Source: Aplysia californica (Eukaryota). Taken from it: a stretch of 64,000 nt of DNA. Each line of letters starts with the position of its first letter. Positions within the stretch are counted from its first letter, which is position 1. Below are positions 26,901 through 40,721 of the stretch, piece by piece. A program made the translations under genes and the position numbers. Below the pieces are notes generated by a model. The model was not told the origin of the DNA. It made no database searches and saw only the letters and a program-made list of their open reading frames with translations. Where the stretch lies: contig NW_004797510.1 in assembly GCF_000002075.1 (NCBI RefSeq), positions 593,384 to 657,383 of the forward strand, in the 5' to 3' direction.

Positions 26901-27587
26901 AATGATAGTAATTAAACAGCCATAAGTATATATTTATGTATATAGACACACAAAGCATACGAACACGTTTCAAACCAAATATCTTCAGAAAAAAAGCCAA
27001 GTAATAGCCTAATTAATACCACTACAAGCCCCTCTGTAATATAAAAGGAAAGAACAGAGAGTAAGAACATATTTGACTATTCTGAATTGAAATTGTTCTA
27101 TCCTGTCAATCTTGAAAAATGTGATTATTCGTTGCCCCCATCAACATAATTTATGTCCCACTTATGAGGCAGTCTGTTTAATCCTGCCAGTTAAAAACCG
27201 ATTCTGCTGTGTGGGATACAGCATTCCGGCATAATAAGACTGAGTCAACAACAGAAGGCTACATGCCAAACCCAGTCTAAACCCAGCACAAAGAAACAAA
27301 GCAGGAGGAACACTGAACCAGGCGTTGCTATAACTGTTAACAGAATTTACTCCCTGTCTATGATTTGCCATTAAAGAAATAATACTGCTTTTGAATGCTG
27401 TCATCTACTGTTTTCCTAGATTTAAACATTTCATACCTCTACACTCATAATTTAGAAAAGGTTGAAGCAGTTTATTCAAGTAAATATCTGGTTATCAGTC
27501 AAATATCTTTCTCCTCAACTACAGAGGAAAATAAAGAATAAATAAAAAAAATTTTCACAGAAACAGAAACATCTTTTCATGTACGTG

Positions 27588-27790
27588 CAGGCCTGCCAAC
27601 TTTTCAAAAACCTAATCACTACCAGGGACACCCAACATTATAACATAATAAGGATAAAAAATGACACATCAGTACGATTGGTGTATGGGAGAAGGTTATG
27701 GTCACTGTAACAATCCCAGATACTAGATCCCAGATTGCCAAATCCAAATCCTGGATTGTCACTGGAAAGTCAGGACAGTTGGTAGGCCTG
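27588..27790. mobile_element. hAT-type MITE
   Basis: TIR CAGGCCTGCCAACT / AGTTGGTAGGCCTG; 8-bp TSD tgtacgtg / tgtacctg (7/8). Related TIR pair CATAGCTGCCAAC at 39118-39511. Confidence 0.7.
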
Positions 27791-27892
27791 TGTACCTGAG
27801 ACTTATGGCACTCGCATGTCTAATTCACCCCAACATTCCAGCAATATATATCCACTTTATTTTTTATCCAAACACATTATCAAAGGGGTGAT

Positions 27893-28036
27893 CGTTTGTT
27901 TGTTTGTTTCATGGAGTAAAGAGAAGCATACATCGATACAATAATGGTCACTTAATGCTGGGAAAGAGTGGGACAGACAGAAACAACAAAAGGAAAGTAA
28001 AGAAGTAGGACCTACCAGTGGTGCCCTCTAACCACC
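27893..28036 (-). repeat. Dispersed short repeat with (AAAC)n tail
   Basis: Similar copy at ~44105-44260 (shared gaaagtaaagaagtaggacctaccagtgg); fragment near 43260-43350. Confidence 0.65.
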
Positions 28037-31000
28037 TGCTCAAACAGGTGAGGATGTGAGAGCAAACATTACTCATATATGGAGATAAAACCTGATCATC
28101 ACACTATGAGGAACTGATGCCTAAAAATATCTACATGCACCAGTTGCCACTTCTTTACAATCCTAAAAGCTTTATTTACCACAATGACAGAAAAAACGTA
28201 CCTTACTCAAAATGTTCAAATCAAAAATCAATCCTAGTGAAACCCCCATACAATGCCCACCTATCTAAGAATGTCATCTTCTTTCCTCAATTAATAATGC
28301 AAGGCCAACTCTGGCAGCTTCTACAGCACCAGTGTAATAACAAATCTACAACTATACAAAAGACAATTGACATATATAACGCAATCATCGATGGAATCAC
28401 AACCATAGCAAAGGGACATACATATATAAGAGGTTTTTTTTGGTGCCTCCACTCCAAAAAGGCATCACGGATTGGTCAGTAACAGACAAACAGCTGAGTT
28501 TCAGTAAACAAAAACATCTTCAACAGGTTAGGATCTTCTTTAACACTACATTATAAATAACAGTTGCAACCTGCCCTAAAGATCACCTTAAAAAATAACC
28601 ATTTCCCCTTTTTTTTTTGGGGGGGGGGGGGGGGAAGTGTTTGGCACTAGCAACAGCATAAGGTCATAATAATAATAGCGTGCGAGACACTATTAAGCGT
28701 TTTCAATTAGGTAGGATTTAATTTTGACATTTTCACACCGGACCTGCGAGATTTTTCCAGCCATATCCGAGAAGGCTAGGTGTTAAATCTTACCTACCCA
28801 GAGATCAGGGGTGTGGCTGAAAGACAGCAGCAAGAAGGAGCCAAGGAGTAGCAGTAGAAAGGTAGCACTTCCTCATTTGTGTTTTCTAAAATACTGCAGT
28901 GAAAGTGCCCATGACATCCATCTGTGTGAGACAACCTCAACAACGGTAACTGACTTCGACAATTTCAACCATGTACCATAAATCTCACCAAAAGATTCAT
29001 TCGCTCTATATAAACTATTTTTCTTAAAAGGAAAACACAGAAACAATACATAAATTTTGACTGGGGTAAATAAACTTTCCAAAAAAACCCATTTCACTTT
29101 CAGGAATAAGGAGACAGCATTTAATTTCTAATTAACTATCTAATCATTTGTGAGGCATCATGGTGAAATCAGGCGCTCGTCAAAACAATAAAATCGAAGT
29201 AATCTGCATTTTTCCGATGGTTTGGCAATTTCTGTCGAATTTTAGTTTTTTGGTTCATCTCCTTTCATGTCCTTGTGAAAATACATTTTTGTGTGGATTT
29301 TACTGAAAAACGTAAATTAAACACACAGAAAATGTAAATTTTCAGTTTCTAAGTACTCTCATGCTTTGAAAATCTCATTAGACCAGATTTCACAGATAAC
29401 ATGCTCATTCTGTGATGAGGGGTTTTTTTAGCACAAAAAGAGAGGTACACATCACATGAATACAATCTTTCCACTAATACCCCAAGTCAGATGTGCCATT
29501 GTAAAAATGACACAACCAAAATTAGTAGCTTCAAGCATTTCTCAAAATTAATCTGATTAGATCAGATTTCACAATCAACATAATTGAGATGGTCATCATA
29601 AAAAGAACATTTTTCTCGGCCCAAAATTGATGCATACATGAAATTTAAGCATCACAATACATTTGAAGGCTGTCACAATTACATGAAACTACATCGAAAT
29701 GAATAGAAAGAAAACGCAAATAAAAACCAAACCCAGCTGACATGGATAAATGGATTCAGATTCAGCACATCCATACATATATGAAAGCTTTCCTCAATAA
29801 ATTCTTAAGTTGAGAAAACAAACTATTAATTAAAAAGCTTTCACAGAAAAAAATGAATCCACCCCTTGAGGATGAACAAACGCTTTCATAAATAAATTCT
29901 GAACTCATATAAGCTTGCACCTAAACAAAAATTTGGAGACTTTATTATAAACAAAACGTTTGTCTCCCAGTGCATGATGAGAAAATAAGTCGGTAGTTCT
30001 GCACTGACTACTTTCTGTTTTGTCATGTCTGTATGCCATGTTACAAAGCCTTGGGAATGATGAGCAAAGCTACATAGACTTAGCAAAATTGTTGAGACTT
30101 TTTGGCAATGAAAGTAACAAGAAATGTGGACATTGAACATAAACTGACTTTTTGAAAAAAATATTTGTGGTTACAATGGTCACTTATGATAAGAAAAGAT
30201 TTGTCTAGCTTGACATTAAATAAATTACAATTTAAGCCTTTTTTTGTGCAGCAAACATTTATTGCTAAAATGTGAAAGCATTTCATACATATATAAAAAT
30301 ACAGCCTAAGTCATAGATATGAAATCTGATCACTCATTAGAAAATGAATAGGACAGATCATGCCAACTGAACATATATTTCATACAATGGTAGGTTTCTG
30401 ATTAAAATGAGTCAATGCTGAATCTTAACACCAATGATGTAAAGTAATGGGTGTGATAAACACAGACCAAATATTCACAAAACTAAAGACAATCTTCACA
30501 GATTTCACCCTATGGTATCACTTTTGAAAGGCACAGCTATAATATAATTCATCCTGATTTCCTTCTGCCTTGCTTCGGCTAGACCTCAAGAGAGCAGTTT
30601 GCTGTAGATTCTTCAAACCAAAGCATAAATTACTTTAACCAACATGGTCAATTTGTCTCAATAAAACCTTTATGACTCCTTTGTTTCTCCAACAGACAAA
30701 TGCCTATCAAAATTTAATTACAAGTTTTATGTACCTAGAAGTACCAACTGGCTAAAAAAAAAAATCCTCAACTTCATGGTCTTTGTGGAAATGGGTGCCT
30801 AGAGACTAAGAAATGAACAGATCAAATACTGTAATACATTTTGCATCTCGAAATCGGGCAAAATCCAGACAATTTAAGAAATCTGAACTCCCAGATTCAT
30901 TAGGAAAATTGACACTTAAAATCGACAACACTTTCTAGTCTGTGTTAACTCTGAATGATTTATTGTGTAGCCAACCTCAGCACACCTGCTTTTTTCCCAT

Positions 31001-33023
31001 TGTCAACTACAAAGGAATTGACAACATTAGCAATGAGAGAGCCAGACCTCAAAGTTTTACAAACTCATCTGGGAAGACAAATTAAGTCTTTTCAATTTCT
31101 CTAACATAAGAGCATCACCATCATTACCACCATTATCATCATCATCACATCCCCTTATTCCAGATTCGTTTTTCTTCAAGCATTACAATTTGTACCATGT
31201 TGGCACATTTCGACGTAACTTACAAATATTCGTACCAAAATCGAGACACGAGACAAAAAAAAGTCTTTTTAATTTCATTGACCTAACATCAGGGAAGCAG
31301 AATAAAACCCAGAGTTATCCACCCAACATGAATGCTTGAAACAGAGACTACCAGGTACTGTGAAGTGACCAACAAATACAGTCGACCCTGCTCCAGCAGT
31401 CATCTGTCCAACACAATCACCTGCACAAACAACCACTTTCCACTTACCTGAATGCATTTTTTTTTTACATTACATTACCATAATGAATAATGACACCATC
31501 TAAGATAACCATTTTTTCTCCTCAACAATGGGCAGCCATCTTGAACAAGTTTGATTGTACCTTCTTTTAATCTGATGAGCCGCCCACAAAGTGTTCACAT
31601 CAGAATATTGCACAACCATTTTTGTTAACAGAAACAAACCAATGATAATTCATCTTTTTAAACAGGGCAGCTGCCAATGGCACAGACCACATGACTGTGG
31701 GAAAAGTTTGTGATGAATTAAACTGATGAAATAAAGGAACTTTCCACTAGCACCATTTGAAAGTTTCACTGGGTTCCAAAATGAGGATTTTAAGATTGCA
31801 AGAGTGAAGTTTTTAACACTGTTGTTTATAAGGGGTCCACAGAGTAAGTAACAAGGGTTTGAACAATACGAGTGTGAACATTTCTGAACTGAAAAATTTA
31901 TATCATTATTTTTGTGAAAGTTTCGAAGGCAAATTGTAATTGTTAATTATAATTGTAGATGTTATACATCCCACCAACAACAATATAGTTCATATAGGAG
32001 TCAGGCTGCTTTGACTGACTCTGCCTGTCCAAGTCAATCCAGGAAGAGAAGGATAAGACATCCCAGCAGAAAGATAGAGATACTTAGTAGAAATTCTCCC
32101 CACATGGAAATAAAACTCATGTATTTTGTATGTGGAGGCAAAGTGCCTACCTGCTGTACCATACCTCAGCTAGAGACAGACAACATAGACAAACACTCCA
32201 AATAATGCGGAGGTTTTTTTCCTCTGTAAGACTTTCACGGCACTTGCAACACAAATAGTCATATAAGCGCTGAAGATTAGAGTTACTAGAAAGTAGCATA
32301 CAAAGAAAGAAGGAGGAGGAGAGATGATGAGGAGAGATGATGACGATTGTTTAATAAGAAAGAAAAAGCAAACCACAACAGAACAACCACAAACCACCAA
32401 CATTTACAAACAGCCCAATCCAACCTAGACAAAAGGTTTATTTGAGGAAGAGTTGTAGCTTCTTAATAGAGGGCAAAGCAAGGAATGCATTTCACCAGGA
32501 ACAGATGAGCAACATAACACTGCAACAAGGACACAGATCCCCAAGGACCTCCTAAAACCCCAAAAGGTCACTCGTTGGGTATTTTATTGAGAAAAAAGGA
32601 CAGGCATTTTTGCTCTGCTTATGAAATTGAATCAATAAAAAAATACCCACCATATTTAGTCACAAAAGGACAGAGACATGAAGGAAACAGAATGATGAAC
32701 AAAGAGGAGTGATGAGGATCTTAAATATTTATGTATGTACTAAAACAGAAGATAAACTAGGATTTTGAATGTACACAATCAATAAAGCTTCTCACATTCA
32801 GTTGTAATAGATTTGTGCAATTTTCAAAATACAGTTGAGCTATAATAAATTAAATAGAGGCAGTCGGAAAACGAAGGGGAGTGGAGGGAGGAGGGGGGGG
32901 GAAGGGGGCAAGCACAAAAAAAACTAAAAACATTAACATTTTTTTTTTTTAAAGAATCTACACTAGCTAAAACAAGTTCTGTGTTGAACAGCAATCCTTT
33001 AGCTTCTATTTACGGCAGTCCGG

Positions 33024-33274
33024 TTATACTTTGGGCAAGCTCCTATCGTTTGTCTGCGCCTTCTTCAAGCCGCCTTTGCTGAAGCTGGTGATGGAGCTGA
33101 GGAGAGCGCCGCGGGACGATGATGATGACGAGGAAGCTGGTGGTGGTGGTGGTGGTGGAGGTGGGGCGCCCCCTGGTGGGGGTGGGGGAGGCGCTGCGGG
33201 GGCGGATGGGGGAGGTGGGGGTGGTGCGGGGGCGGAGGGTGGTGGTGGTGGGGTTGGGGCACCGGTGGGTGGAC
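33024..33274 (-). CDS. PXK: PXK exon 14, polyproline + WH2 domain, stop
   Basis: tcttcctcAG acceptor, phase 1 matches exon 13; ends ...KKAQTNDRSLPKV*. Confidence 0.93.
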
Positions 33275-33625
33275 CTGAGGAAGAGACACGTCGTGATTTA
33301 AAACCGAGTGCAAATTTGCAGTGGCAGTTTACATGAAGCACAAATTCTAAACATGCAATTAAGTGCCTTCATGTAAATATTCTTAAAGGAGACTCTAGTA
33401 TCACCTCTAATCTTCGGCACTTACATGACCTAATTGTGTTGCAAGTGCCATAAAACTCTTACTTGAACTAACAGACTGGATTAATGAGCGTACAGGAAAC
33501 CATCTCTGGATCAATAAACATTCATAGTGGGATGCTTTTGTTTTAGTAAGAATGTATGGGCACTTGCAAAACAATTAGGTCATATAAGTGCTGAAGATTA
33601 GAGGTTTTTCAAGAGACTTAGTAAC

Positions 33626-33657
<32 letters not shown>

Positions 33658-36600
33658 AATGAGGATGAGAAATAAAGGTGATAGATGTTTGATAAGAAAG
33701 AGAAGGAGAAAAACCACACCAGAGCACCCACCAACCACCCATGTGACTTTTTTTCACTCCTCTAAGACATACCAGGGCAATAGAAACGGTTTCATTCTTT
33801 GGACAATTAGAATGATACCTACATTCATTATCTTATTTTTTTGCTTTTTTTTTTTTTTCAACACATAAAATTTGAATTTTGACAAAATATTTCTTGAGCA
33901 CCAGTAGCCAATACCACAGATTCAGAAACAGCATTGACAATAATTTGTAAAAGTTTGGGTTTTGTACACATGAACAGGTGGCTGATAATGTAAAAAAAAA
34001 AAAACCCCAGTTAGCACCACATAAAATAGACAAACTTGTTAGGCAAAAAGAGTGAAAAATATCTTCGTATCTATAATAAACACTCTTTGATATAGTTTTG
34101 CTTTTTTTAAAATTTAGTTTTTCAAAGAGCTATACAGTACTTGCAACACAAATAGGTAATAAAAGTGAAACAAACTGGAGTGACATTAACATACAACAAT
34201 TTTTTTTTAAAAGAAGAGAAAAGAAGGTAAAAGTTTGATGGGAAAGTAGGAGCAAACCACACCACAGTGTCTCCCCCCCCCCCCCCCCCCGACCAAAATA
34301 TAATTTAATTTAATTTTAGTATGAACTATACGGCACTTGCAACACAATAAGGTCACCAAAAGATAGATAACAAAATATTTAAGAAGACAGAAAAAGATTA
34401 TAATTTTTATAAATATGTACAGGATGAAATTCTTGAAACCTACAAAACATTCTTTCAATAAAGATATTTAACATAAAAGTAAGATATTTATCAGTATGAG
34501 TTTTCCCAACTTTTTCATTTTTGGAATGTGCAAAGAAAATGATATGATTCTACTTGATTGTTTAAGTTGGGGGGGGGGTTTTCAGCAAAGAGAAGCAAAG
34601 TGACGCAATAACAGCCGTATTGTGCTACAAGAAAAAAGCAAGACGGACAGACAAAAACAAACAAGGAAAGAAAAAGTAAATGCCCTCCAACCATACATTA
34701 AGTATTATGTCTCCACAAAAGGAAAAATAAAATAAAATTAACAAAAATAAAAATTTATGTGAGAAAACATGTGATTTCAAACAATTCTAAAGCTTAATAA
34801 ATAAACAATTAGAACCAATATATAGAAAAACAAAATTCATCTAAGACAGGAAACAAAATGACATGGACCGGACCTACGGAGATAAATTAATCGAGTGGAA
34901 CTAGTTCATCCACCCCACTGAACAAAACACAGATGTACACACAAGCATGTACACACTAACACAAACATACACAAACACACATAAAATAAATAACATAGGT
35001 AAAAACAAAAGCCAATAAGCCACGTTTGAGACATGCAACCACAGGCGTCCACTTCACCACTCTGATGCAAAACCTTCCACCTTCAGTCAGATTGCCAAGT
35101 AACCCTACGTACAACAGGAGAACGATTTTGTTTATTTTAGTAAGAGTTTTATGACACTTGCAACACAATTAGGTCATACAAGTGCTGAAGATTAGAGGTA
35201 TCACAAGAGAGTAACAAACACAAAAAAAGGAAGAGAGATAAGGACGATAGACGTTTGATGGGAAAGAAGTAGCGAACTACACTGAAGCACCCACCAAGCA
35301 CCCATGATAATGAATGCAAGATGTAACCACTGTTTACTTCTATAAATCTATATATCTATGGCCTTCTGCATCTTGACAGACGATTTTAAAGTAGACAGGA
35401 TACAGTTTTGCCTGAGTGGAAGACACATAGGAAGTAGATTGTCCAAGTACTACTTCCCATCCTTTGATTTTGACTTTTTCATAATATACTCCAAAGGAGA
35501 GACATTGGCAAATCATCAATGCGTTTGGAATCAAGGAAGGTATAAGCGTGTGTCTTAGTATTAAACTCATCTTACACACACACAAACACCTATGTACAAG
35601 ACAGATTACATGCAACTTATCATTTCTATACTGTTTCTCTTTAAATGATAGCCGTTGATCTATTGTTGTTAGAAAAAGGAGAAGCACGTCGACAAAATAA
35701 CCCTCCCCCTCCCCCCATTTAAAAAACCCCCACAACATACACTTGCTGAGACTTTCATTTTCATTTCCTTTCAAAAACAGATAACTAACTACATGTATAA
35801 ACTTAGTGTGCAAACAACATACCACACTCGACATTCAGTCACAACGATCAATGGAGTGTTCAGCTCCACATGACAAGAGAGAAAAAATACAAAAACTTTT
35901 TAATAACTAAGAATACCAACTTCATCTAAGATTTAAGCTGAATTAAGTACTTGTGCCCTGCAAACATTTTAAATACATCCTACACATGCAATATGATGTT
36001 AACTAAAGTTATCTTCATTATTGCTTTTAATCATTTTCATTATTTTCAACTCCGTGTATTCTGAAAATTCAACAAAAATACAAAACCTACTTACGACCAA
36101 AAAATTTGGGGATAAAAAAAGATTTGAGGTAAACTGAAGGAACAAACACCAAGAATTAATCACAAACATTAATCAGCACAACATAAAAATGTCTGACAAA
36201 ATAAAGGCACATTCATGAAGTCCATAGCTCTTTGAAACAACTAGAGCTCAAACCTAAATAATATTACACATACCAAAAGTATAGATTTTACCTACATAAT
36301 AAACATAATAAGTTAATCTCTCCTTTCCTATTTCTTCCACTACTATCAAAATCTGCATCTCACTTTAGGGTAAAACCCATAAATGAGAGTCAATTCAAGT
36401 GACTGCAAAATACTGATATCATAATACTTTTAAGTTTTAACTTCTAAGTATAGGATACCGAATTCAAAACAAATGCTTAGCGAATCCCATATATGTAAAT
36501 TGACCATCTCTACACATGGTGACATATCTACATTATACAACCAGGGCACTGTTAGAGATAAATGTGACTGGCAAAAGTAAGTAAGGGGCAACTGCACATA

Positions 36601-37072
36601 AGCTACTCTTGGCAAGAAAACACTCACCACCTTTGGAGAAATCAAGAAATAGAAGGGTGGATTCTACAAAACAGATTTCTAGCATCATAATAGTCAGCAG
36701 AGAAATTTGTAATACGTAAGAATACGTAAGTGGGGGCAAGCTCCCGTGAACGGTGCATTCCATCACCAAAAGTGTAAACAACACAAAGCACAGGAGTTTG
36801 GTCTTGTTTATTTTTGTCCAGTACAAAGGATTGACCCTCTTCCCTCAAGACAGAGCTGAATAGATAGATTCATTATGTACAAGGACTGAAACTATAGCTG
36901 AAACAACCTTTTCATCCACGCTTTACGAACAGACAAATCTCGGCAGATTAGTAAAGATAATAATTATAATAATTCTCTGTTCCTTGTAATCTGACGATAC
37001 CTTCAATATTTATTTTTCAAATCTGTGCTTTCAATGTTCTTGACTTAATAGGGACAAATTGAAATAATAAAG

Positions 37073-37114
<42 letters not shown>

Positions 37115-40100
37115 GCAATTGCATTTATATAGCACATACCCACGCTCTACAGTATGCTCTATGTGCTTTATCATCACCCCCAACTGACCCAAGGACGGGA
37201 CTCAGAAACATTCTCAGCTTCCTGGGAAGCATAGAGTGCAAGCAGCCAATTAAGCACTTAAACACTAACAAACTGACAAGATTTTTTGCAGTGTATAGCC
37301 TGGTACTCATTCCCACCCAGATGAAATGAGGAATTTTCATGTAAAGTACCTTTCCTAAGAACACAATGTTGGGCCCCTGACGAGTTTCAAACCCAAGACC
37401 TTTGGGTTGAGAGTCCGAGAGCCTTAAGTAACAACAGTGTTTTCTAAAGCATACTGGCTCCCGTTTTTCATTTAAGTACCCTTTGAGTGTTTACGTGGGT
37501 TTGTATTCATGAATAAAACTTGTAAAAGAAACTTACATTACGTGGCAATAAAAAACAACACACTAACAAGAACACATTCCAAAGTCATCGAACTTATTCC
37601 ATGTAGTTATAGATCTGGTTGACTTTATTCAAACGGTAAACAATAGTAATTCCTTGATTGAAAAAGCCTCATTTTAAACAAAAATATTGTCCTTTTGTGT
37701 CGTCTGTTGCAGACGGGGGAAAAAAGCTCTCCACCTGTGCTCACCCTTTCAAAATGGCACATAGTTACACACACACACTTAAACAAATAGACACACACAG
37801 CCCACACATAAACACATCTCCAGTAAAGAGAAAATAGTACCAAGGAAAGGTATATGATTAGCTATCCCATAGAACCACTAGCATTTCTAAAGAAAAGACC
37901 TGTTAATCTTCTCCAAGATATGACTAAATAATTCAATCTGCAAGAGACAGAATTTTACTGAAAGTTTTCATGATGTGACAAAAAATTCCTTCACCTTTTT
38001 TTCCTTGCGATGTATTGCATTACTATAAACTTAACAACCTACTTCAGTCCACAGTGAAATAAGCTGGGGAATTAAATTTGATGCTATGCAAAATGATGCA
38101 CATATCTTTTCCATATAAAACAATGGTACCTTGATGAAAAAGGACAAATATCAATAGTACAGATTTTTTATGCGAAATGATCTAGGACACAGGAACTTGT
38201 CGCCATATCATCAAGACAAAGGAAGTAATTCTAGTACATCAAAACAGATCCATGGTAGAGCCAATTCTTTCTCTTCAGTTCCCAGGTATAATTCCAGTAA
38301 ACATACATTTTCAGACCTCTTTACAGATTTGTTAATATTTTCTTTTCTTTTTCCTACCATTTCTTCCCTGATAACTGGACCACACATAACTATATACAGA
38401 AGCTTGCTAAACTGGTGTTCTTTATCACGCAGATACAATTTAGCTAGACTCTTTAATAATGTGAACAGCGCACCAGATCAAAAATGTTTTAATCTTGAAC
38501 ATTCTTGACCTTCTAAAAGGTGCAAGCATAAGCATAATAATTTTGCATTTGGAATAAGGGCATGTAGAACAAAATACATTTATTGTATATCTGTGCCATT
38601 TTCAAATCATGAGACACTGACGCATGCATTTAGCTTGTGCAGAGAATAGATGTGTCTGGAGACACACAAAAATATTTGTATTCCTTCTGCAAGAATTTTT
38701 TTAAAGGGATAAAACGGAACCTTGAACTGTACCCGGTACAGCTCATTAGATCAAAAGAGAAAAAGAAGCTACAAGTCATGCAGAATGAATATGTGGAAAG
38801 CTGGAAACAAAAGACCAGTATTACGATCAGAGACAACAAAGTTAATGAAGAACATGAGTTAAGGGAAATAATGTGTACCTAATGACCAAGGGGGATCACT
38901 GTCGAGGTTGGGGTGTCACGACAGAAGAGACCTCAACTCGATGCTGTATCCAAGAGATGGACGATGGAAATAATCATGTTTCTATGTTACAAATGTTCAA
39001 CCAATTCATATCAACATATGATAGAATTTCTGGTGTGTCACTTGTAATGAAATACGGTACAAATTCTCACTGTGTGCATAATATAGAACAAGTAATAAAC
39101 AGTCAATGTGATAGAAGCATAGCTGCCAACTTTTCAAAACCCCCCAAAAAGCAAAAAACCCTGACTATACCCAAGCAGCATGTCAAGATGGTTGCATTGG
39201 CCATGTGACCCTCCTCCACATCCTTCACGCACACTTTTCTCCATTCAATAGATCCAAACTATTCAAAGTAGATCTGTAGCTAAAGATCTCTTCAACTGAC
39301 AAACGGAATTTGTTCTCAATATCATATGCAAACACAGTCTTGAAAGTTCGTAATTTTTCTTCAGCATCAGAGAGTCAGTGACGGGCAATCCTTGAAAACT
39401 GAGAATATGTTGGGTTTTTTTCTTCTATTTTTCCAAAAGAAAACAGACTTTCAAACTAGGACCCTCAAAAAAAATACTGAATACGTTTTTACATACTAGT
39501 TGGCAGCTATGGGACAGTATAACAACAATCAGGGTTAACAGCATGTTGTATACATTCATAACGTGTTTCTGGAAGCAGAAGAGGGCAAAAGCAAAGAGCT
39601 GAGAGAAACAAACTGATAGAGACAAAAAAAGCCAGGAAAGACATCTTCATACACCTTATATTGTGCACTCAACACTTCGACAGAGAGGTGCCAATTGACT
39701 GCGAAAAAAAATCCTGAACTTTTCGACCCCACGGTAACATATGAAAAAGGACTCAAGATTTCATGGATCATAATATTGTCAAACACATCTTGTTCTAAGA
39801 AGTCTGGCAAAATCCTGACAACTTCACAAATCCATATTTATCCTGAAAATTGGCACCTCTGCTTGGCAGAAATAGCTGAGAAAAAACAAACTACTAAAAC
39901 ACAATACCTAAATCCTGAAACGAGTGAAAATGTTTGTTTCTTTACATCCCCATTCACACAGTTTAAACAATTTAGGAGACAGGCTGCTTCAAGTCAACTC
40001 TGTCTGTCAGGACCAACCCAGGACTGAGATGGATAGAGATATTGCTCTTCAAGTATCCCAGCACAAAGCCAAAGACAACCAATTAAACGAATTCCTGCAC

Positions 40101-40669
40101 GAGGGATTCAAACTCATCTCTTTTGTATGTGACAGGAAAGAGTCTAACCTTTCCACCACAGACACCATTCACACAAATCCATAACCGTGTTTCAAAAATC
40201 AAGTCCACAATATACTATGGGTAAATAACATCAGATAATGTTAACCGGATATTTGAAAGTTATGATAAAAGAAGAAAGAAACGGGAAGGGGGGGAGAAGG
40301 CAAGGGTAATATCTAAAGACATAGTAGTCTCCTTTAAACTGAAATCTAAGAGGCCACTGAATTTCCTCAGTTTAGCTGGGTTTTTGTTTTACAGATGCTC
40401 CTCAAATAGAAGAAAACAAATCAAGGATTTTATCTTATTTTGGTTTACCGCTGCTTTCGGATTAATTATGTTCACTTTAAGTCAACTCCACAGTTGACAT
40501 CGCTCTCGTACACTTGAGCAAGGATTTTTAAGACATTCATCTCATTAGGCGAGGTGCACCCTCTACTAAGGAGGAGTGGGCCTGTATGTTATGATCTCTG
40601 GAAATACTGATTCAGAAAATCAGGGTCCGTCACACTCATTTTTGTACTGGAAAAATCATGGCCTAAAAC

Positions 40670-40721
<52 letters not shown>

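Noticed and set aside
33024-33341. Standalone WASP/WIP/verprolin-like gene
   Set aside because: The proline-rich WH2 segment splices in phase to PXK exon 13; the opposite-strand Gly-rich and alternate-frame His-rich ORFs are shadows
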